Source of the DNA: Acutalibacteraceae bacterium | GTDB taxonomy: Bacteria; Bacillota; Clostridia; Oscillospirales; Acutalibacteraceae | NCBI GenBank assembly: GCA_045602985.1 | Contig: JAZULH010000020.1 | Span: 11,610 to 75,609 of the forward strand | DNA length: 64,000 nucleotides | Direction of reading: 5' to 3' | In this document: one piece after another, positions 7,936 through 17,270 of the stretch | How positions within the stretch are numbered: the first letter of the stretch is position 1 | Layout of the letters: every line of letters begins with the position of its first letter | Notes under the pieces: model-generated | The model's input: only the letters and a program-made list of their open reading frames with translations | Databases searched by the model: none | Told to the model about the DNA's origin: nothing | Made by a program: the position numbers and the translations under genes

Positions 7936-10086
7936 TTATTTTATACCCTTCATTGTAAGGGAAATTCTCTTTTTTTGCGGTTCAACAGCCAGCACTTTAA
8001 CCTTAACAACCTCGCCGACCTTGAGAACCTCTGACGGATGTTTGATGTATCGGTCACAAATCTGGGAGATGTGAACAAGACCGTCCTGGTGAACGCCGAT
8101 ATCAACAAAAACACCGAAATCAATAACATTACGGACTGTACCTGTAAGCTCCATACCTTCCTTCAGGTCGTTCATATCCATAATATCCGAGCGCAACATG
8201 GGCTTCGGTAAATCATCACGGATATCTCTGCCTGGCTTTTCAAGCTCACCAATAATGTCCGTAAGAGTGGGAATACCAACCCCACATTCCTCGGCTGCTT
8301 TTGAGAGTCCGTATTCTTTTACCTTGCCACCGATTCCGCCTGCACCCTGAGCGGCAACATCCTTTTGTGAGTAGCCAAAAATTTCAAGTAGCTTTTTGGC
8401 GGCGTCGTAGCTTTCGGGGTGGACCCCTGTGTTATCAAGGGCAGTTTTGCCACCCGGTACTCTGAGGAAGCCTGCACATTGCTGATATGCCTTGGGGCCA
8501 AGACCCTTAACCTTTTTGAGCTCGGTACGGGCATTAAAGCTGCCGTTTTCCTCGCGGAAGGCAACAATGTTTTTGGCAATAGTTGCATTGACACCTGCAA
8601 TGTATTTTAACAGGGAAACCGATGCGGTATTAAGGTCAACACCAACAGCATTAACACAATCCTCAACAACACCTGTAAGGGATTCATCCAATTGTGCAGG
8701 CGGTACATCGTGCTGGTACTGTCCCACACCTATACTACGGGGTTCAATCTTAACAAGCTCTGAAAGCGGGTCCTGTAAACGGCGTGCAATAGAAACAGCT
8801 GAGCGAACTGAAACATCAAAGTCCGGGAATTCCTCTGCGCCTAATTTTGATGCAGAGTATACAGATGCACCTGCCTCGTTAACAACCATATATGATACAG
8901 GTCGTGAGGATTTTTTGATAGTGTCTGCAATGAAAATTTCACTCTCTTTACTTGCAGTACCATTGCCGATTGATATACAGTCAATTTTAAATTTATCAAT
9001 AAGCTCAAGAACACGCTTTTCGGATTCTGCAATTTTTGACTGAGGGGGAGTGGGGTAAATAACCCCTGTGAACAGCACTCTGCTGTTGCCGTCAACAACA
9101 GCAAGCTTACAACCGGTTCTGTATGCAGGGTCAACAGCAAGAACGGTTTTACCCTTGATTGGCGGTTGCATAAGCAAGGGCTTAAGATTACTGCCGAACA
9201 TTTTTATTGCCTGTTCATTTGCTTTTTCTGTAAGATTATTTCGTATTTCATTTTCAAGTGATGGGAATATTAGTCTTGAATAAGCATCCTTAACAGCATC
9301 AATGCAGAAATCGGTGGATGAACTGCCGCTTTTAATAAATAACTGATTAAGAAGTGAAAGTGCGGTTTCTTCCTCAACCTGAACCGATACCTTGAGTATA
9401 TTTTCCTTTTCTCCGCGGTTTACTGCAAGTATGCGGTGTGCCGGGATTTTTGCAACAGGCTCGCTGTAATCGTAATACATACTGTAGACGCTGTCTTCCT
9501 CGGTTTTAGCGACAGATTTTATAACACCGCGCTTGTTAATAAGGTCTTTGAGCACCTTTCGTGCCTCGGGAGAGTCAGAAACCTGCTCTGCGATAATATC
9601 CGATGCGCCCTGCAAAGCTTCCTCAGGGGCGTTTACTCCCTTTTCTTCGTTAACATATTCAGCGGCAAGCTCTAATAGGTCAACGCCCTTGAGCTCAAAG
9701 GAAAACAGAACATCTGCCAGAGGCTGTAAGCCTTTTTCCTTGGCAACGGAGGCGCGTGTTTTACGCTTTTGCTTGTAGGGACGGTAGATGTCCTCAACCT
9801 CGGCAAGTGTGATTGCCTGAGCCACCGCCTCTGTGATTTCATCTGTGAGCTTGCCCTGCTCTTCAATAGAGTTCAGAACCTCTTCTTTACGCTTTTTGAG
9901 GTTTCTGAGGTAAGTGAGACGGTCATTGATTTCGCGCAGCTTCTGGTCATCGCATGAGCCTGTCATCTCCTTGCGGTAACGGGCGATAAAGGGAATGGTG
10001 TTTCCGTCATCAATGAGCTCCACAATGTTTTTTATGTGGAATTCACTTATGCTGAACTCTTGTTGTAATACGTTTAAAATTTCCAT
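7936..10086 (-). CDS. tex: Tex-like transcription accessory protein (YqgF/HhH/S1 domains)
   Basis: N-terminus has ...IPFIARYRKE.TG. The C-terminal S1 domain reads G.V.NV.DFGVFVDIGVHQDGLVHIS. Start is placed at MEILNV (ATG 10086) behind AAGGAAG, rather than the longer track ORF. Confidence 0.9.
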   Translation of the reverse strand: MEILNVLQQEFSISEFHIKNIVELIDDGNTIPFIARYRKEMTGSCDDQKLREINDRLTYLRNLKKRKEEVLNSIEEQGKLTDEITEAVAQAITLAEVEDIYRPYKQKRKTRASVAKEKGLQPLADVLFSFELKGVDLLELAAEYVNEEKGVNAPEEALQGASDIIAEQVSDSPEARKVLKDLINKRGVIKSVAKTEEDSVYSMYYDYSEPVAKIPAHRILAVNRGEKENILKVSVQVEEETALSLLNQLFIKSGSSSTDFCIDAVKDAYSRLIFPSLENEIRNNLTEKANEQAIKMFGSNLKPLLMQPPIKGKTVLAVDPAYRTGCKLAVVDGNSRVLFTGVIYPTPPQSKIAESEKRVLELIDKFKIDCISIGNGTASKESEIFIADTIKKSSRPVSYMVVNEAGASVYSASKLGAEEFPDFDVSVRSAVSIARRLQDPLSELVKIEPRSIGVGQYQHDVPPAQLDESLTGVVEDCVNAVGVDLNTASVSLLKYIAGVNATIAKNIVAFREENGSFNARTELKKVKGLGPKAYQQCAGFLRVPGGKTALDNTGVHPESYDAAKKLLEIFGYSQKDVAAQGAGGIGGKVKEYGLSKAAEECGVGIPTLTDIIGELEKPGRDIRDDLPKPMLRSDIMDMNDLKEGMELTGTVRNVIDFGVFVDIGVHQDGLVHISQICDRYIKHPSEVLKVGEVVKVKVLAVEPQKKRISLTMKGIK

Positions 10087-10152
10087 GGAATCTTCCTTTA
10101 TATAATAGTATAACAATAATAACATAAATCAGGCAAAAAGTCATTATATAAG

Positions 10153-10181
10153 TTGAATAATATTTTTTTATCTGTTATTAT
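10153..10181 (+). promoter_or_regulatory. Candidate SigA promoter for gene 10203..10754
   Basis: TTGAAT (10153-10158), 17 nt spacer, TATTAT (10176-10181). Confidence 0.5.
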
Positions 10182-10202
10182 GATTTGAAGGGAGTGAGTA
10201 TA

Positions 10203-10754
10203 ATGAAGGTTCTGGCAGAAAGGTCAGATAAAATATTTATATGGGGGCCTATTGTTATGCTTTTGTGCATACTCGTTTTTTCGAACAGGTCTGTTTTTAT
10301 GGGTAGTCTTAAGGGTAGGTACATTGTTTACTTTTGTGTAACGGTGTTCGGTTTAGTCTGTTTTGACTTGTGCCACAGAATCACCGTTCCGAAAATAATA
10401 ATAGAGTACGATGACTACGGTATATATGTGTATAAGCATAAAAAACAACAGCCCATAACTTTGCGCTACAGCGATCTGAAGGGTGTTTTGATTATGGAGG
10501 GTGTTAACGATAGTTATGAGCTGAATGAAGGTGTCAGCGTTGACAGTCCTTCAACAGGTATGTTACGAATACAGTCAACCCAGGGCTTAACAACATTGTA
10601 CGGCATTAAAAATGTACGACAGGTTGGTGATCAGCTTAAGCAAATGGTTGATGACTATAACCGGAAAGCAATGGAACATTATGAAGCTCGCATTGAACAG
10701 ATGAAAAGGCAAAGAGAGCTGGAAGAATTGCAAAAACATGACCCAAATACGTAA
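10203..10754 (+). CDS. Hypothetical membrane protein (2 TM segments plus a C-terminal coiled coil)
   Basis: ATG at 10203 lies behind GAAGGGA. Two hydrophobic helices are followed by a soluble domain and a charged helical tail. No family recognised. Confidence 0.65.
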   Translation: MKVLAERSDKIFIWGPIVMLLCILVFSNRSVFMGSLKGRYIVYFCVTVFGLVCFDLCHRITVPKIIIEYDDYGIYVYKHKKQQPITLRYSDLKGVLIMEGVNDSYELNEGVSVDSPSTGMLRIQSTQGLTTLYGIKNVRQVGDQLKQMVDDYNRKAMEHYEARIEQMKRQRELEELQKHDPNT

Positions 10755-10871
10755 AAAAATAGTTTTGTTCACAATTTGTTTACAAAGTTGTGAAATTAAT
10801 GCAACATTGTTGTGTTATATAATAGATAGACAATTTGATTGCTTAATCATTTCATTTTCTCTTTCCAAAGA

Positions 10872-10916
10872 TTTGAGCCCTCGCCAGCAAAATGGTGAGG
10901 GCTTAAATCTTTTTTC
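10872..10916 (+). terminator. Intrinsic terminator (ends gene 10203 or a small untranslated transcript)
   Basis: Stem tttgagccctcgcc pairs with ggtgagggcttaaa (G-U wobbles), followed by tcTTTTTTc. Confidence 0.7.
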
Positions 10917-10980
10917 GGGTAAATTGGTTTAGTTCATTTGGCGCAACCCTGTACATAATTGTTTACTGAATTTATTTTGC

Positions 10981-11020
10981 AGAAAAATACAGGAGCACTT
11001 CGTGTTGAAGTGCTCCTGTA
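10981..11020 (-). terminator. Intrinsic terminator of the minus-strand glycyl-radical operon
   Basis: Perfect 14 bp stem tacaggagcacttc (10988-11001) pairs with gaagtgctcctgta (11007-11020). The minus strand then reads ATTTTTCT. Confidence 0.85.
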
Positions 11021-11031
11021 TTATGGTTTAA

Positions 11032-11682
11032 TTACAGGTTTTTAACATAGCGTACAACCTTTTTCGGAACCTTCAGGGTGTCAGTAACAGCATCCTTTCT
11101 GAAGATTATATCAAGGTAGAACATTTCATCGTGCTTGACAATCGCTTTTAGGAGTTTTACAAGCTTTTGGGCATACTCTTCATTACCCTCCTTAAGAGCA
11201 ACGATTAAGGAACCGATGTGCTCATATATTCTGTCATTCATCAGTCCTAAATTAGGTTCACCCAATGCATACCGCCATTCTTTTTCCAGTTCGTCCGAGT
11301 ATGTGAAATCATCACGCAGAATAAGTGATTTCAGCATTACGGAATGATTACCCTCGTTGATGGTGTTGTTAAGAGTGTACTTTTCGTAACAGGTATATGC
11401 TTTTACAAAATTTTCTTTATACAACTCGTACAATTGTCCGAGACAGTAATAAACCTTGGCTTTGTAATTTGAGTCGCTGACATCAAAGTAATGCTGTGTT
11501 GCATATATCAATATGGTTTCTGCAGCGGTTAAGTTCTCGTTATCGCCACGTTTCATAAGCTCTGTGGCAACATTTACAACTATTTCACACTTGTCTTCGT
11601 TAAAATAGTCCTTTAGTGCCTCAAAAAATCTGCCGTTGGTTTCTGCAGTCCAGAAGGGTTCCTTCAAAAGCTTTTCTATCAT
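11032..11682 (-). CDS. Hypothetical all-helical (TPR-like?) protein, last gene of the glycyl-radical operon
   Basis: 216 aa, separated by 3 nt from the upstream gene. The composition is helical-repeat-like (YYCLGQLYELY..AY.CYEKY). No catalytic motif recognised. Confidence 0.7.
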   Translation of the reverse strand: MIEKLLKEPFWTAETNGRFFEALKDYFNEDKCEIVVNVATELMKRGDNENLTAAETILIYATQHYFDVSDSNYKAKVYYCLGQLYELYKENFVKAYTCYEKYTLNNTINEGNHSVMLKSLILRDDFTYSDELEKEWRYALGEPNLGLMNDRIYEHIGSLIVALKEGNEEYAQKLVKLLKAIVKHDEMFYLDIIFRKDAVTDTLKVPKKVVRYVKNL

Positions 11683-11685
11683 AAA

Positions 11686-12744
11686 TCACACCTCCGGCGG
11701 AATGCAGGCTGCCAAGGTAAGATTCGTTTTTGATGTTACCTTGAATTTGTTGTTACAGGAATATGGCATAAAGAAATAATCGCCTTTTTTTAAGGCTTTT
11801 TCGTAATTTTCACCACAGAGTGTGCCGTTCCCCTCTGTTACAACATATACGCAAGGGGCTGCAAGGAGCTCTGTTTCACCATTATTTATAACATATCTTT
11901 CGACGCTGAAGCATGGGGTATCGTACCTGCTTATAAGGCTTTCCTTCTTGCATCCGTCGGTTTCGTATACAACAGACGGAATTTTTCTGCATTCATTTTC
12001 TACCCTTGAAAGATTGTAGGAGTAATCGAAAACAGAAAGGGCGGTTTCCTTATCAAGACCGATATACATCTCGTTATCGGAGAGCTTGTAATCACCGCAC
12101 CAACGCTCCGGCTGTATTGTAAAGTCGGTGGGCTCCTGAACCTCAAGGATGAGGCATCCGTAGCCGATTGCGTGTACCGCCCTTGCAGGGATGAAATATA
12201 CATCGCCGGGCTTTACCGGAATTTTATTAAGGAGCCTTTCCATGGCGGATTTGTCAGTTTCGCTGTCATTTACTGCTTTTTCAAAATCTTCAGGTGTAAC
12301 ATCATCTTTAAAGCCGAAATAAATACAAGCACCCTCACGTGCACCAAGCACAAGCCAGGACTCTGCTTTTCCGAATTCGGAATTAAAGTTTTTTCTTGAA
12401 AAGGCTTTGTCGGGGTGAGCCTGTACAGGCAATCTTATGGCAGAATCAAGCGCTTTTACAAGCACGTCAAGACCGTTTCTGTTGCCAAGCATTAACGCTT
12501 TTTCTTTAATCAACAATTCGTCAAAATGTATGGATGTTCCCTCGATTGTGGAAAGACCCTCGTATGGGTCTGTGCTCCCTTCGTTAAGTGCCTTTGTTGA
12601 AGAGCAAATCCACTCCTCGGGATAAAAACCGTCGGTGCTGTCATCACCAAAAAAATCAGAGAAAAGCTGACCGCCCAGATATACTCTGAAAACTCTGTTT
12701 TTTTCAAAGAAGACAGGATTGTTTGCTAATTTTACAGTATCCAT
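11686..12744 (-). CDS. Class I phosphomannose-isomerase-like cupin (sugar-phosphate aldose-ketose isomerase)
   Basis: Metal-ligand motifs of type I PMI are present: VQAHPDK, AESWLVL and RAVHAIG. Length is 352 aa. Confidence 0.75.
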   Translation of the reverse strand: MDTVKLANNPVFFEKNRVFRVYLGGQLFSDFFGDDSTDGFYPEEWICSSTKALNEGSTDPYEGLSTIEGTSIHFDELLIKEKALMLGNRNGLDVLVKALDSAIRLPVQAHPDKAFSRKNFNSEFGKAESWLVLGAREGACIYFGFKDDVTPEDFEKAVNDSETDKSAMERLLNKIPVKPGDVYFIPARAVHAIGYGCLILEVQEPTDFTIQPERWCGDYKLSDNEMYIGLDKETALSVFDYSYNLSRVENECRKIPSVVYETDGCKKESLISRYDTPCFSVERYVINNGETELLAAPCVYVVTEGNGTLCGENYEKALKKGDYFFMPYSCNNKFKVTSKTNLTLAACIPPEV

Positions 12745-12747
12745 AAT

Positions 12748-14109
12748 TCACCTCAAAAGTGCATCGCCTGATGCTTTAATATCGCTGAAAAAACCGCAGG
12801 CAGCACCGCTGAAAACACAGGCACCCACAGATGCCTCCTCAGAGTGCAGGGGGAGTTGTGCGGTTAAACCAAAGTCTTTTTCAAATATCTGTCGCCATAT
12901 ATGACTTTTGCGTAAACCGTTACCTGAACAAACAAGCTGTACAGGAGTGCCTGTAAGCATATTTTCAGCGGAGGAATACATTTCAAAAAGCTCTTTGGAA
13001 ACGCCCTTGAGTACACCGCAGATAAGGTGCTGTGGTGTGAAATTATCTGCACCGATATTCTCAATAAAGCCACGCTTTTCGGGGCTTTGACGAGTACCGC
13101 AGAATTCACAGCTTACTGTCAACGCATCCTTTAAATCAAAGACACCCTCTGACAATGAATCCATTTTCTCGTAAAGCTTGTGGGAATTACCGTCAAGCAT
13201 ATCTGCACATAATGTGAAAAAGCTTTTTAATATGGCATAAGCTCTGCCGCCGCAAAGGGATGAGCCGACAAAAATATAGTCACCATCAGTCAGTGGTCTA
13301 ACCTCACCGCAGGGAGGCGCAACAATACTTTTTGTAATAAATGAAACCTGACTGCCTGTGCCTACGTTTACAAGAACTGATGTTTCCGGCTCTGCAACAG
13401 AACCCAGGAAGCTTGCCTGATTGTCGCCTATGGCAATACTTACAGGTATGTTATCAGGTAAAAAGTCACATTTTGTTGTGCCTGCAACAGATGTATTACT
13501 TATAACCTTTGGTAAAAAGTCTTTGTCTATACCTGCGATTTCAAGTGCTTTTTCATCAAAGCAAAGATTTTTCAAATCAAAGAACCCCAGGCTTGCACCG
13601 TCACTTGCGTGTGTAACGGGTGAGGTGTTTGTAAGAAGTGCCACAAGATAATCGTGGATAGTGGTAAGCATTACGGCACTTTCAGGCACAAGTTTATTTT
13701 GGATGTTATAAAAATGTGTAGTAAGTCCGAAGCCTGTGGATGCCTTTATGCCTGTAATCCTCGTAAGATGTTGTGCATAAGTTTCATTATTGTCAAACAA
13801 TTCGTTGCCTCGTTCATCCTGCCAGATCATAAGTGGCGAGCAAGGTGCATTGTTTTTGTCTAGATACAGTATGCCGTGCATTTGTCCCGTAACACCGATT
13901 GCATCGGGAACAAGCTCTGCGGTTACATCGGCAACGGCTTTTTTTACTGTATCAATTATTTTTTGGGGATCCTGGAGCCTCTCAAAGCATTTACCCTCCA
14001 AGAAGCTGTCGTTTTTGAGTGTACAGCTTTTTATAACTGCTTTACTGTCAGTATCCAGCATTAAAGCGGTTACGGTGGTTGTACCTATATCTATACCTAA
14101 TATCTTCAT
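12748..14109 (-). CDS. FGGY-family carbohydrate kinase (sedoheptulokinase/ribulokinase-like)
   Basis: N-terminal ILGIDIGTTTV phosphate-1 motif. Also VTGQMHG and a later VNVGTGSQ ATPase-fold motif. Length is 453 aa. Confidence 0.85.
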   Translation of the reverse strand: MKILGIDIGTTTVTALMLDTDSKAVIKSCTLKNDSFLEGKCFERLQDPQKIIDTVKKAVADVTAELVPDAIGVTGQMHGILYLDKNNAPCSPLMIWQDERGNELFDNNETYAQHLTRITGIKASTGFGLTTHFYNIQNKLVPESAVMLTTIHDYLVALLTNTSPVTHASDGASLGFFDLKNLCFDEKALEIAGIDKDFLPKVISNTSVAGTTKCDFLPDNIPVSIAIGDNQASFLGSVAEPETSVLVNVGTGSQVSFITKSIVAPPCGEVRPLTDGDYIFVGSSLCGGRAYAILKSFFTLCADMLDGNSHKLYEKMDSLSEGVFDLKDALTVSCEFCGTRQSPEKRGFIENIGADNFTPQHLICGVLKGVSKELFEMYSSAENMLTGTPVQLVCSGNGLRKSHIWRQIFEKDFGLTAQLPLHSEEASVGACVFSGAACGFFSDIKASGDALLR

Positions 14110-14112
14110 AAC

Positions 14113-16479
14113 TCAGCACACAACTGCAGTAGATGCAGGATCAAGACGTCGGATAATATCCTGTTGAATTGCGGGTGAAAGGTCGAGGAAGTTTACGAAT
14201 GTGCCGTGAATACGCATAATATATACTCCGCTTGGGGCGTATTTCTTGGGCTCTGCAAGAACCTTTTTGAGAATTTCTGCAGTTGTTACGTTAACATAAA
14301 GGTAGAAGGGAGCAACATTTTCGTTAAGCTCGTTAAAGAAAAGGGGCTTCATAACCTTATCGCGGAACTCAACACCCTTGCCCTCGTAATCATCACTTGA
14401 AAAATATTTCGGGTCAATGCCGAAGTGGGATGCATAGCCACCACACATTTTGTTGAATGGTAATTTCATAAGACTGAGTGTGCGGAAGCCCAAACCGTTC
14501 TGCGCCTCGCCGTAAAGAGGGTCAACACCGTAATTAAGCATATCACGGGATTTTCTGCCACAGGGCAGAGCGCCTACCCAATAGCCGTACAGAAGGTGGG
14601 TCGAGGGGGTTGAAAAGTCGGGACGGAAGTTATTGCCCAGATAGTTTTTCTGTGCACGTACCATATCTGCAATTTTGTTTGTAAGTTCTGCAGTTTCAGC
14701 ATCAACCAATTCATTGTTGTTGCCAAACTTGGGAGCTGAAAGAAGATATTCACGAAGTTCCTCGTAGCCTTCAAAGTTGTTTTTTAGGGCGTCAAGGAGC
14801 ATTTGTGCATCCTGGGGACGTTCTTCAATCAATTTGTCAATAGCAATAAATGAATCGGCAACAACGCTTGTGCCGTGAATAAGGCATCCGCTGCCATTGT
14901 ACTTTGTTCCCTGGTGGGTAATATTACGGGTATCATATCCTGACTCAATACCACCCATAACAGTACTCAGGAAGGGTACGGGCAGGTGGGAAATTGCTTT
15001 TGATGCACCGTTTGCGGCCTTCACCATTTCATCGCAGAAATACTGTGCATTTTTGTAAAAGCGTTCTCTTATATTTTTGAGTAAATCAAGTGCATCTGTG
15101 CTGTCACATACTGTGCCGATTTCATTACCTGTGATAAGTGATTTACCGTCATTGAGTGTAAGCTCAAGAATTTTGCCAAGATTGAACCAACTGTTTGTTG
15201 TGTTGGCGTTGTCCTTGCCCATAATTAGGGGCTCCTGACAGCCTGCAATTGAGGTGTCCTGAATATCATCAATATCAACACCTGCTGCTGAAAGCACCTT
15301 AAAAAGAGAATCATCGTTAAAGAATGATGGTGTAAGGCAACCTGGTGTGAAAAGGAATCTGCCCAACTCCTCATAAAGCTTTTGTGGAGTGTTTTTGTGG
15401 AGCTTGACTGAAAGTATGGGCTGCGGAAGATTCATATCGTAATATGCATCTAAAAGGGCATAGGTAGAGTCATTTGTAAGGTCATTGCCATCCTTATCTC
15501 TGCCGCTTACAATAAGGTTTTGTGAGATAGCCCAGCTTCTGTCACCAACATTAAAAAATACAAGAAAATGCTTGAAAAGGGAGGCTGTTTCTTCCCTTGA
15601 CAAACCATCGTTGGCTCTGTAAGGCTCGAAAATTCGGTCAGCATTACCAACTGAAAAGGCAAAGGGGTTAGGCGCCTGCTCCAGGCACATAATCTGCCAT
15701 AAAAGGATAAAGCTCTGCAATGCCTCGTAAAGTGTTTCAGCACCGCTTTCGGGCACCTTTGCAAGAGTTTGTGAAAGGAGCTTTAACTGTTCTTTTCTTT
15801 CACTCTCTGCAGTGAGTAATTTTTCATCTGCAATAGCCTTGTATCTGCTTGCAAGGATGATTACACATTCAAGTGCAATTTTCATTGCTTCGTAATTCTC
15901 ATTTTGCTCGGGGGTGGCGTTTTTCTGCTTTTCCTCGATATCAAGAATCATCTTTTTTACACCGTGCTTAAGAGCATATCTCATATCGGGAATAAGATGA
16001 CCCGTAACCTGCTCAATAAAATATGCAACCTCGCCTGTGTGCTTTTCGCAGGCCTTGTAAACCTCTGAAAGTGATTTTACATAGGGTGTTTCTTTATCAA
16101 GATTTCTTAAAGCATCAATACGCTCCTGGGGGAATTCCTCGGTAGCATCAATATCATCGTATACAGCGGTGGGATCGCAATAGCCTGCAAAGGTTTCTAC
16201 ACGGAAGGAGGGGTTAATAAGTGCATAGCTGCGGGCAAAGGCATCACGCTGAGTGCCTGCAAAAACAGCGTTATCACTTATTGATAAGGGTAAAACCTTA
16301 ATTGCCTGACGGAATTTTTCTGCAGCCTTGAGCATCGGTGAAAGCTCGCTGTATTGTGCATCGTGTTTCTGCTCGGTTTCTTTAATGATAAACCAGCCTT
16401 CAAGGTGGTTTATGGCACGCTCTTCTTTAAAAAGGGCGTTAGCCATTTCTGTGGTTTTTTGCGGGTCGAATTTATACAT
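14113..16479 (-). CDS. Glycyl radical enzyme of the eliminase/dehydratase class (C-x-E Cys loop); substrate unknown
   Basis: The C-terminal glycyl-radical fingerprint is VYIMRIHGTFVNF (Gly codon at 14203-14205). The Cys loop is SIAGCQEPLIMG (Cys codon at 15238-15240). Size (788 aa) and adjacency to an activase fit. Start is placed at MYKFD (16479) behind GAGGTGA. Confidence 0.9.
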   Translation of the reverse strand: MYKFDPQKTTEMANALFKEERAINHLEGWFIIKETEQKHDAQYSELSPMLKAAEKFRQAIKVLPLSISDNAVFAGTQRDAFARSYALINPSFRVETFAGYCDPTAVYDDIDATEEFPQERIDALRNLDKETPYVKSLSEVYKACEKHTGEVAYFIEQVTGHLIPDMRYALKHGVKKMILDIEEKQKNATPEQNENYEAMKIALECVIILASRYKAIADEKLLTAESERKEQLKLLSQTLAKVPESGAETLYEALQSFILLWQIMCLEQAPNPFAFSVGNADRIFEPYRANDGLSREETASLFKHFLVFFNVGDRSWAISQNLIVSGRDKDGNDLTNDSTYALLDAYYDMNLPQPILSVKLHKNTPQKLYEELGRFLFTPGCLTPSFFNDDSLFKVLSAAGVDIDDIQDTSIAGCQEPLIMGKDNANTTNSWFNLGKILELTLNDGKSLITGNEIGTVCDSTDALDLLKNIRERFYKNAQYFCDEMVKAANGASKAISHLPVPFLSTVMGGIESGYDTRNITHQGTKYNGSGCLIHGTSVVADSFIAIDKLIEERPQDAQMLLDALKNNFEGYEELREYLLSAPKFGNNNELVDAETAELTNKIADMVRAQKNYLGNNFRPDFSTPSTHLLYGYWVGALPCGRKSRDMLNYGVDPLYGEAQNGLGFRTLSLMKLPFNKMCGGYASHFGIDPKYFSSDDYEGKGVEFRDKVMKPLFFNELNENVAPFYLYVNVTTAEILKKVLAEPKKYAPSGVYIMRIHGTFVNFLDLSPAIQQDIIRRLDPASTAVVC

Positions 16480-16489
16480 AAAAATCACC

Positions 16490-17236
16490 TCAGGTGTTAA
16501 TAAGTTTCAGATTTCTGTTTTTTATTTCACAGGCCAAAAGGGTTACATCTTCAGCTGTTGTAAAGCCCTCGGTAACTGTATAATCCATATTGAGCTTTTT
16601 GTATTTTTCTTTACCGAATTCGTGATAGGTGAGTATTTCAAAGGCAATATTTTCTCCTGTGCCTGCGTTTTGCAGCTCTGTGAAAAATTCACCGAATTCA
16701 AAAGCGTTCTCTTCACCACAATTAAAGTAGTGAACTAATGGTACACGCACTAAAAGGGGCTTGCCTGTGCGAGCTCTGTGAATAAGATTATTTTTGATAA
16801 TTTCAATATCTGCGCCTAAAATTTCCCGGCATTTTTCGGATGATGGGGTTTTGAAATCGGCTATCATATAGTCAATCGTGCTGAATAATTCTTCGCAGTC
16901 CGTAAGTGATGCATTTGTTTCAATACAGGTGTGAATACCGTTTTTTTGCAATTCCTTTATAAGAGCAAGGACAGACTCCCTTTGACAAGTGACCTCGCCA
17001 CCTGTAAGGGTAACACCGCCACCGTCAATGAAAATCATTTTTACAGAAGCGGCCTCCTTGACAATATCTGCAATTGCCATCTTTTGGGTATTGTCGGTGA
17101 GGGTTAAGCCCTCGGGGTTAGAGCACCAGGGACATTTGAGGTTGCACCCGGCAAGGTGGTAAACAAGGCGGTTCCCGGGCCCGTCCTGAGAATAGTTGAA
17201 GCCCTTCTGGAATATGTAAATATGACTATTGCCCAT
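16490..17236 (-). CDS. Glycyl-radical enzyme activating enzyme (radical SAM, PflA-like short form)
   Basis: Contains CNLKCPWCSNPE (CX3CX2C) and the GGVTLTGGE SAM-binding motif. Start is placed at MGNSH (17236). Confidence 0.9.
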   Translation of the reverse strand: MGNSHIYIFQKGFNYSQDGPGNRLVYHLAGCNLKCPWCSNPEGLTLTDNTQKMAIADIVKEAASVKMIFIDGGGVTLTGGEVTCQRESVLALIKELQKNGIHTCIETNASLTDCEELFSTIDYMIADFKTPSSEKCREILGADIEIIKNNLIHRARTGKPLLVRVPLVHYFNCGEENAFEFGEFFTELQNAGTGENIAFEILTYHEFGKEKYKKLNMDYTVTEGFTTAEDVTLLACEIKNRNLKLINT

Positions 17237-17270
17237 TAAATCCACCACCCTTCAGATTAATTAATTATAT

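Noticed and set aside
10738-10932. 64 aa ORF in the intergenic region after gene 10203
   Set aside because: It overlaps the stop of the preceding gene, has no RBS, and runs through a terminator hairpin. The region is treated only as a possible non-coding transcript.
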